Notes under the pieces: generated by a model
The model's database searches: none
Seen by the model: only the letters and a program-made list of their open reading frames with translations
Told to the model about the DNA's origin: nothing
Shown: positions 48,991 to 55,991 of the stretch, piece by piece
Position numbering within the stretch: the first letter of the stretch is position 1
Layout of the letters: every line of letters begins with the position of its first letter
Translations under genes and position numbers: made by a program
DNA from: an uncultured Actinomycetota bacterium
GTDB lineage: Bacteria; Actinomycetota; Acidimicrobiia; Spongiisociales; UBA4744
Direction of reading: 5' to 3'
Length of the DNA stretch: 64,000 nucleotides
Assembly (NCBI GenBank): GCA_963717135.1
Contig: CAVQVN010000006.1
Location: 75,995 to 139,994, forward strand

Positions 48991-51692
48991 ATCCGCACCC
49001 TTTCGACATAGGCACCGGCCAGCGCTGCCGCGGCCGCCGACTGAAGGATCGTGTCCGGAATATCCATGACGGCCGCCGCGGAGCCGGCTGCGAAAACTCC
49101 TTCGATACTCGTCCGGGCCGGACTGTGATCCTCGTCGATCTCCTTCACGAAGTTATGGGCATCAGCCTCCAACCCGCCGTTGGAGAAGAGACGCATTGCG
49201 TCCTGATTGGGAAGCATCCCTACCGAGAGGACAACGAGGTCGTGTTCGGCCTCAACGACACCTCCATCGCCGGCGATGTTCTCGTAGCGCACGACGAGAT
49301 TGCCGTTTTCCGCTCCGCTGATATCGGCAACTTTGCCCTTCACGAAGTAGGTCCCCATGGCTTTGGACTGCTGATAGAACTCTTCGAAGCCTTTTCCAAA
49401 GGCTCGAACGTCGATGTAGTAGATGGTCACGTCTGCCATCGGCAGCGCTCCCATGATCAGCTGGGCTTGCTTGACGGTATACATGCAGCACACGCGGGAG
49501 CAGAGCTCATTCCCGACCTGACAATCACGCGATCCGGCGCACAGAATGTAGGCAATGTTGTCGGGAATCTTCCCATCCGAGGGCCGCAGCACGGAGTTGT
49601 AGGGCCTGGTCGGCGACAAGAGCCGATCCATCTGCATGGCAGTAATGACGTTGGGGAACCGGCCGTAGCCGTATTGCGGTTTGCGGAGCGGTTCGAAGAG
49701 TTCGAATCCGGTCGAGACGACCACCGATCCCACATTGAGGGTGAACGCTTCGTCGCGCAAGCCCAGGTCGATGGCATGGCCCGGGCAGACGTTGAGACAC
49801 TGGTGACACTCCGAACATCCGCCGCAGTCGAGACAGCGTCCGGCGCCGGATCGCGCTTCCTCCTCGGAAAGGGGCAGCTCGACCTCTGCGAAATCGCCGA
49901 TCCGTTCCGGGGCGGGGCGTTCCGCAGTCTGCGCTCCGTTGAGGTAGCGGTAGGTTCGCTGCCGGGCAAGCACGTCCTTTCTTTCCACCACCGGGAGGCG
50001 TTGGTCGTATTCGCCGGCGTTGAGATCCTCGCCATTGAGGAAACGGTCGATGAAGTAGGCCGCCCTCCGGCCCTGGCCGAGAGCGTCGGTGATCGAACTG
50101 GGACCGGTCACCAGGTCTCCTCCGGCGAACACATGCGGGACGGTGGTCTGCAGCGTTCCGGGATCAGCCTGAACCCGACCGCTCCGGGTGACACCTAATC
50201 CATCTTTCCAACCGACCGGCGTGGGAACCAGGCCGACGGCAATGATGGCGAAGTCCACGTCGGCATTCGATTCGGACCCCTCCACGGGGAGCGGTCGCCG
50301 CCGACCGGAGTCGTCGGGTTCGCCGAGCCGCATCCCGATCGACTCAGCCCGGACCAGTTTGCCGTCTTGGCCGAAGAACCGGACCGGGACCCGGAGGTAC
50401 TCGACCTCGATCCCTTCGGCCAGGGCGGCCTCGATCTCCCAGTCGAACGCCGGCATCTCGGCCCGGCTGCGTCGATATTGAATCGTCACTCGAGCGGCGC
50501 CCAACCGACGGGCTACCCGGGCGGAGTCGATCGCGACATTGCCCCCTCCCACCACCAACACCCGACGACCGGTGAGGTCAGGATGGTTCCCCTGGTTGAC
50601 GGTGCGCAAGAACTCGAGAGATCTGACCACGCCATCGAGGTCTTCGCCCTCGATGCCCATTGCCCGGTCTGTAGCAGCCCCGCAGGCGACGAACACCGCC
50701 TCGAACCCTGCCGTCTCGAGATCTTTCAAGTTGTCGATTTGCCGGCCGGTCTGTAGGTCGACACCGAGGGAAGTGATGTTCTTGATGTCCCGATCCACGA
50801 CATCCTTGGGCAATCGATAGGAGGGGATCGCATAGCGAAGCATTCCGCCCGGCTGGTCGTCCGCCTCGAAGATGGTGACGAGATACCCCTGCCGGGCCAG
50901 GTCGTAGGCAGCCGCCAGGCCGGCGGGTCCGGATCCCACCACCGCCACCTTCTTGTCGAGAAGGTGGTCGGGAGGCCCCTGTTTTGGTTCCGGGTATCGG
51001 GCGTAGTACTCGTCGGCCACGAACCGCTTCAGTCTCCGGATCGGGACTGCTCCCTCGAGTTCATCCCGGGTGCATTGGTCCTCGCAGGGGGCATAGCATG
51101 CCCTTCCCAGAGACCCGGGAATGGGGACAGCCTCGAGGATCAGGTCCATGGCCTCCTCGTACAGACCACTCCGCACCAAGGACACGTACCCGTGCGCCTT
51201 GATCCCCGCCGGGCACGCATAGGTACAAGGCGAACTGCCGGCCCGGTCGATCACGGCCTTCTTGGGGACCGCCTGCGAGTAAGGGATGTAGGCGGCCCGA
51301 CGCGCCACCAGGTCGAAGTTGAATTGATCGGGAATGGCCACCGTGCAGGCCACCTCACACTGAGAGCATCCGGTACAGCGATCTGGGTCAACGAAGGTCG
51401 CCTTCCTATTGATATCGACCTGGAAGGTTCCGTCCGAGCTTCGTTCGATTCTGGTCACCTCAGCGGAGGTGAGCGTCTCGATTCGGGGATGGTGGAACGT
51501 GGCGGCCATCTTCGGGGTGGCGATGCAACTAGCACAGTCGAGAGTGGGGAATACCTTGCTCAGCAGGATCATCGTGCCGCCGATCGATGCTTCCTTTTCG
51601 ACGAGCACGACGGAATAGCCCATATCACCGAGGCTAAGAGCCGATTCCATACCCGCCGTTCCACCCCCGACTACCAGAGCGTCGTAATCCAT
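48987..51692 (-). CDS. HdrL-like large flavoprotein: HdrA with inserted GltD/NfnB-type NAD(P)H-binding oxidoreductase module
   Basis: ORF 48987..51707 trimmed to ATG 51692 (MDYDALVVGGGTAG). HdrA N-domain + inserted ferredoxin CTGCSQCEVAC. GltD-like region (SPCTYACPAG...RACYAPCEDQC, VAVVGSGPAGLAAA, second NAD site VLVVGGGNVAID). Ferredoxin CLDCGGCSECHQC. HdrA C-domain (CAGSRDC..CSRVCC). ATGA overlap with hdrA. Confidence 0.8.
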   Translation of the reverse strand: MDYDALVVGGGTAGMESALSLGDMGYSVVLVEKEASIGGTMILLSKVFPTLDCASCIATPKMAATFHHPRIETLTSAEVTRIERSSDGTFQVDINRKATFVDPDRCTGCSQCEVACTVAIPDQFNFDLVARRAAYIPYSQAVPKKAVIDRAGSSPCTYACPAGIKAHGYVSLVRSGLYEEAMDLILEAVPIPGSLGRACYAPCEDQCTRDELEGAVPIRRLKRFVADEYYARYPEPKQGPPDHLLDKKVAVVGSGPAGLAAAYDLARQGYLVTIFEADDQPGGMLRYAIPSYRLPKDVVDRDIKNITSLGVDLQTGRQIDNLKDLETAGFEAVFVACGAATDRAMGIEGEDLDGVVRSLEFLRTVNQGNHPDLTGRRVLVVGGGNVAIDSARVARRLGAARVTIQYRRSRAEMPAFDWEIEAALAEGIEVEYLRVPVRFFGQDGKLVRAESIGMRLGEPDDSGRRRPLPVEGSESNADVDFAIIAVGLVPTPVGWKDGLGVTRSGRVQADPGTLQTTVPHVFAGGDLVTGPSSITDALGQGRRAAYFIDRFLNGEDLNAGEYDQRLPVVERKDVLARQRTYRYLNGAQTAERPAPERIGDFAEVELPLSEEEARSGAGRCLDCGGCSECHQCLNVCPGHAIDLGLRDEAFTLNVGSVVVSTGFELFEPLRKPQYGYGRFPNVITAMQMDRLLSPTRPYNSVLRPSDGKIPDNIAYILCAGSRDCQVGNELCSRVCCMYTVKQAQLIMGALPMADVTIYYIDVRAFGKGFEEFYQQSKAMGTYFVKGKVADISGAENGNLVVRYENIAGDGGVVEAEHDLVVLSVGMLPNQDAMRLFSNGGLEADAHNFVKEIDEDHSPARTSIEGVFAAGSAAAVMDIPDTILQSAAAAALAGAYVERVRI

Positions 51693-51693
51693 C

Positions 51694-52128
51694 TCAACCA
51701 ACCTCACTCATCGCTTCGAGAGCAATCAACGCCTCGGAGAACTGGGCCATGTGGCGTGCAAATGGTTCTGCACACACCGAGCAAATGGCTGCCATTTTCA
51801 AGCGTTCTGGAGGAATACCTCTCTCTCTCATCAGATCCTGAGCAACGGCGGTGATGTGCGCCGTGCGATCGGTGCAATCGGCCAAATACGGGCAATCGCT
51901 GCCGTCGGCGGCAATGAAGACCCCATCAAACCCTCGGTCGATCGCGAACAGGATCCAATCCGGGCGGATTCCGCTCGAGCATGAAACCGCGATACAACTG
52001 ACCGAGGGTGAGTAGTGCAGATGAGTGCTGCCCGCCAGGTCGATGCCGATGTCAGAGATCGTGGACGTCGAGAACACCAGGATACGTGGGCGATCTCCGG
52101 CCGCGGCGGGGTCCAGGTCCGCCGGCAT
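51694..52128 (-). CDS. mvhD: MvhD/FlpD-like protein (methyl-viologen-reducing hydrogenase delta subunit family) with variant Cys pattern
   Basis: 144 aa. ILVFSTSTISDIGIDLAG...IAVSCSSGIRPDWILFAIDRGFDGVFIAADGSDCPY aligns to MvhD, but the N-terminal CxxC pair is replaced by STST. Confidence 0.75.
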   Translation of the reverse strand: MPADLDPAAAGDRPRILVFSTSTISDIGIDLAGSTHLHYSPSVSCIAVSCSSGIRPDWILFAIDRGFDGVFIAADGSDCPYLADCTDRTAHITAVAQDLMRERGIPPERLKMAAICSVCAEPFARHMAQFSEALIALEAMSEVG

Positions 52129-52130
52129 CG

Positions 52131-52388
52131 TTATTTGGCTCGTTTGACGAAGATCCGCCAGTACCCGGCTTCCGCGATGGTCCCCAGGTATTCATGACCG
52201 ATCTTGGCCGCCCACCGGGGAAGGTCGTTGCTTGTGCTCACATCGGACGACCGGACCTCCATGACACCGCCAACCGGCACCGTCGTGATTCCTCGCTTGG
52301 CCTCCAGGAGTGGACCCGGACAGGCGACCCCGCGAGCGTCGATCTCTTTGTCGGGAGTGAGCGTGGCGAGTTCTTCAGTGGTAATCAT
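52131..52388 (-). CDS. tusA: TusA-like sulfurtransferase
   Basis: 85 aa with CPxP motif (DARGVACPGPLLEAK). Confidence 0.85.
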   Translation of the reverse strand: MITTEELATLTPDKEIDARGVACPGPLLEAKRGITTVPVGGVMEVRSSDVSTSNDLPRWAAKIGHEYLGTIAEAGYWRIFVKRAK

Positions 52389-52420
52389 GATTCTTCTCTC
52401 TCTTCAGTTGGGAGGATCGA

Positions 52421-52777
52421 CTAGAAAGTGAGGACGACATCCGCCTCCTCGGCTTCGGCCACGAACGTGGCAACCCCCTGGCACTCGACCCCGTCGATGA
52501 GATCCGCTTCGGTACAGTCGACGATCGGGAAAGCTGCGGAGCAGGCCAGCAACCTGGCGCCGCCCTTCTTGACGGTGTCGATGAACTCAGGCAATGTTTT
52601 CGGCGCCCCATCGAGCTTGATCACATCGGCTCCGTCCTTGAGCACGATGTTGAGACCACTCATCGTGAAGAACAGAACGAGTTCCATATCGAGCGCCAGG
52701 GCCCCCGATCCCAACATGAAAGGGGGAAATGCTTTCTCGGGTTCATCCGATCCGCAAAAGACGACCATTTTTGACAT
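52421..52777 (-). CDS. DsrE/DsrF-like sulfur relay family protein
   Basis: ORF 52421..52813 trimmed to ATG 52777 (MSKMVVFCGSDEPEKAFPPF...) after AAAGGAG. Conserved Cys in MVVFCGSD typical of DsrE-type active-site. Confidence 0.75.
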   Translation of the reverse strand: MSKMVVFCGSDEPEKAFPPFMLGSGALALDMELVLFFTMSGLNIVLKDGADVIKLDGAPKTLPEFIDTVKKGGARLLACSAAFPIVDCTEADLIDGVECQGVATFVAEAEEADVVLTF

Positions 52778-52927
52778 GCCAACTCCTTTCCGGCAATTAC
52801 CGCTCGTATTCAACGTTCGGCATCGCTCTCGGTCCTTGCAGTATTTGGCTGCTCACTTGAGACTCCTACACGGATGTCACCGGACGGTCGACCTATCATC
52901 AATTGAGTTTCAACAAACAGTGAGCTG

Positions 52928-53629
52928 ATGACCACGGGAATTCTGACCAGAACCCGCCACATCGTGGTGCTAGACAATGACCCGGACATGCGCAGGACGA
53001 TTGGCGCCATCCTGGAGGAAGACGGATTCCGCGTGACACCAACCGGCGATGGAGACGCCCTCCTCGCCATGCTCCCCGAGCATCACCCCGATCTAGTCAT
53101 CCTCGAGATGGTGCTTCCCGGGATGCCCGGTCTCGAGGTCCTCCGCCGATTGCAGGAGCATGGGCGTGTCCCGGCCATTGTGGTCAGCAGCAAGAGCTCC
53201 GAGACTGATCGGATCGTCGGTCTGGAAATGGGAGCGGATGACTACCTGGCCAAACCGTTCTCTCCCCGGGAACTACTGGCGCGGGCGCATGCGGTGCTCC
53301 GTCGCACCGAGCACGAATGCCCGTGCGACACCCTCGAATACGACGGTCTCCGCCTCGACCTGACTTGTCGCGACGTCGTCATCGACGGTGATCTCATAGA
53401 ACTCACTTCGCTCGAATTCGATCTGCTGGCTTTCATGGCCGGCTCCCCCCGGCAGGTCTTCTCCCGGGAAATGCTCCTGGACCGGGTCTGGGGGTCGTCG
53501 AGCGAGTGGCAAACGGCCGCCACCGTTAGCGAGCACATCCACCGACTGCGCCGCAAGATCGAACGGGACCCAGCCAATCCTCGATGGATCCAGACGCTGC
53601 GTGGAGCCGGGTATCGCTTCGTGCCCTGA
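52928..53629 (+). CDS. OmpR/PhoB family response regulator (orphan)
   Basis: 233 aa. REC + winged-helix (LRLDLTCRDVVIDGDLIELTSLEFDLLAFMA...). Divergent from the Hdr-like operon. No kinase adjacent. Confidence 0.88.
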   Translation: MTTGILTRTRHIVVLDNDPDMRRTIGAILEEDGFRVTPTGDGDALLAMLPEHHPDLVILEMVLPGMPGLEVLRRLQEHGRVPAIVVSSKSSETDRIVGLEMGADDYLAKPFSPRELLARAHAVLRRTEHECPCDTLEYDGLRLDLTCRDVVIDGDLIELTSLEFDLLAFMAGSPRQVFSREMLLDRVWGSSSEWQTAATVSEHIHRLRRKIERDPANPRWIQTLRGAGYRFVP

Positions 53630-53734
53630 ACGGGTCGCAGCTCTCCATCGTTGAAACTCTGTTGAGACGGCTCAAATCGCCGGGTGATCCTGTCGTGATA
53701 CATCTGTAAGTGCTCGAGAGAGGAGGCGACGACC

Positions 53735-54199
53735 GTGACGATGACCAAATGGGCGCCATTCAGCGCATTCACGGAACTCGAGCAAGAAATGCACACGCTG
53801 CTTGATCACTTCGGTGGACGCCCCTGGCTGGAAGGCTTCGGCTGGCGGCCGGATACCGACATCTCCCGGGAGGGCTCGACGTTGGTGGTCGAAATGGACC
53901 TTCCCGGCATGGACCCGTTTCATGATCTCCACATCGATCTGGTCGACAACGTGCTCAGGATCGAAGGCGAGCGATGCGAGTCGCGACCCGTCAAGGAGGC
54001 CGACCGCTACATCCACGAACGCCGATGCGGATGCTTCCACCGCAGCGTGATGCTCCCGGACGGTGTGAAGCCTGAGACAGTCAGCGCCCACTACGAGAAC
54101 GGGACGCTGACGGTACGAATACCGATGCCTGATGTTTCGGTAGCCGGAAGCCAACGTCACCAGATACCCATAAGGATCTCTGAACGGATAGGTATTTGA
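53735..54199 (+). CDS. Hsp20/alpha-crystallin family small heat-shock protein
   Basis: 154 aa. ACD pattern (WRPDTDISREGSTLVVEMDLPG..., AHYENGTLTVRIP). Confidence 0.85.
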   Translation: MTMTKWAPFSAFTELEQEMHTLLDHFGGRPWLEGFGWRPDTDISREGSTLVVEMDLPGMDPFHDLHIDLVDNVLRIEGERCESRPVKEADRYIHERRCGCFHRSVMLPDGVKPETVSAHYENGTLTVRIPMPDVSVAGSQRHQIPIRISERIGI

Positions 54200-54218
54200 A
54201 ACGAACGAGGAGTTGCGG

Positions 54219-54500
54219 ATGACGGCTGAAAAGACTCGCGACTGGTTGTGGACGGCGACCGTTCTCATTCCGCTGGTCATCGGCCTGAGCTTTCTGGCAT
54301 TGCTTGGGATATTCCAGATCCTCGACGTGTGCGGAGCCGAGAAAGCGTGCGACGTCGTCGGCACGATCGCTCTGTGGGGGGCGGTCGGGATGCTGGGGTT
54401 CATCGCCGTGAGCCGAATGGCGATTCTGGTGTTCGGTGTGGTGAAAGCCCTCATTTCGGCCACCCACCGGTCCGGGCCGACCAATGCTCACACCACGTGA
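54219..54500 (+). CDS. small two-helix membrane protein, hypothetical
   Basis: ATG 54219, 7 nt after GAGGAG. Two hydrophobic helices. Confidence 0.5.
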   Translation: MTAEKTRDWLWTATVLIPLVIGLSFLALLGIFQILDVCGAEKACDVVGTIALWGAVGMLGFIAVSRMAILVFGVVKALISATHRSGPTNAHTT

Positions 54501-54675
54501 AGTTTGCCGGGCTACCGGAGACAACGGCCCGACAGAACGAAGAGAGCGGCGCATTGGAAAAGTCGACCGGCTTGCTTCTGTGGGGATGGGGAGCAGCCGT
54601 CGCTGCAGCACTGCAGGCATACCGAGTCATTCGCTATCCAAACCGCGACCTATCCCCGACCTCTAGGAAGGCCCC

Positions 54676-55527
54676 ATGTCCTTGATCGGGCTGCAGTACT
54701 ACCAAAGGCCTACCACACTCGAATCGGCCCTTGAACAGGTTCGAGCAAGTGGTCCCGGAGCCCGGTTCATGGCTGCGGGTACGGACCTGGTCTTGCACGG
54801 TGGCGACGAGATCACCACCCTCATCGACCTATCGGACCTGAACCTAGCCTATGTCGGAGCGGAAAATCACGACATCGCCATCGGGGCCATGACGACCCTG
54901 ACCGACCTGATGGAGCACCCCATTTTGGCCGGCTATCTCGGGGGGATTGTGCCCACGGTGATCCGTCAGGTCGGGTCTCCGCTGCTCCGCAACCTGGCGA
55001 CGGTCGGGGGAAGCCTGGTCCGCCGCCAGCCATGGTCGGACGTCGTCCCGCTATTCCTGGCACTGGGCGCCACCGTCCGCCACTTCGACGGAACAAAACA
55101 TGAGGAAACTCTGGCCGAATTCTACGGAAGGCCCGGACACTCTCCCGGAGACATCCTGACCGAGATTGTGCTGCCGGCCCCGAAACCTCTTGCCGTTGCG
55201 GCGTTTGAAAAATTCACCCGGTCCGCGGTCGACGTCGCTCTGCTCAACTGCGCGGTGTTCATCCGTACCAAACACGATCAATGTGTTGAAGCGCGGGTCT
55301 ATGTCGGCGGTACGCCTCGGTCGGCAGCCGCGGTCCCCGCGGTCGTCGAGATGCTGCAAGGGAGGGAGCTTGACGACGAGGTTATCTCGGAAGCCGCCCG
55401 GATCGCCGCCGCCGAGGTGCCGACCGGCGATGACCGTCGGGCTTCTGCCGTCTACCGATCCCACCTGGTTGGGGTGGGGATCGGACGCTGCCTCCGCCGG
55501 ATAGCGAGGGAGATGGAGGCGGCATGA
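54676..55527 (+). CDS. molybdenum hydroxylase FAD-binding subunit (CoxM/XdhB-like)
   Basis: 283 aa. FAD-binding-5 motifs (AAGTDLV, ...ATVGGSL). Confidence 0.85.
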   Translation: MSLIGLQYYQRPTTLESALEQVRASGPGARFMAAGTDLVLHGGDEITTLIDLSDLNLAYVGAENHDIAIGAMTTLTDLMEHPILAGYLGGIVPTVIRQVGSPLLRNLATVGGSLVRRQPWSDVVPLFLALGATVRHFDGTKHEETLAEFYGRPGHSPGDILTEIVLPAPKPLAVAAFEKFTRSAVDVALLNCAVFIRTKHDQCVEARVYVGGTPRSAAAVPAVVEMLQGRELDDEVISEAARIAAAEVPTGDDRRASAVYRSHLVGVGIGRCLRRIAREMEAA

Positions 55528-55991
55528 AGATAGCGTTGACCATCAATAGTGTTTCTCGAACGTTGGAGTCACCGCTGGGCGAAACGCTGCTGGATCTCCT
55601 CCGCCGGGAGAACTACAAGAGTGTCAAACTCGGCTGCAACACGGGAGACTGCGGGACTTGTGCTGTCCTGTTGGACGGTCGGGCCGTCAACGCCTGCATG
55701 CTTCTGGCGGCGGCCTGCGCCGGAAGGTCGATCGTCACCGTCGAAGGTCTTGAAGCTGATGGTCGCCTACATCCGCTTCAAGAGGCTTCGCTGGATTCCG
55801 GTGCGGTGCAGTGCGGCTTCTGCACTCCGGGCATGATCGTGGCGGCAATTGATCTTCTCGACAAGAACCCCGACCCCTCGGAGCAGGAAATTCGGGAAGG
55901 CTTGGCCGGCAACTTGTGCCGCTGCACCGGCTATGTGAAGCAGGTAGCAGCCGTCCGGATGGCCAGCGGGAGGGGGAACGCCGATGCTTGA
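55524..55991 (+). CDS. molybdenum hydroxylase (2Fe-2S) iron-sulfur subunit (CoxS-like)
   Basis: 155 aa. Plant-type CNTGDCGTC and second CGFCTPGM / CRCTGY motifs. Confidence 0.88.
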   Translation: MKIALTINSVSRTLESPLGETLLDLLRRENYKSVKLGCNTGDCGTCAVLLDGRAVNACMLLAAACAGRSIVTVEGLEADGRLHPLQEASLDSGAVQCGFCTPGMIVAAIDLLDKNPDPSEQEIREGLAGNLCRCTGYVKQVAAVRMASGRGNADA

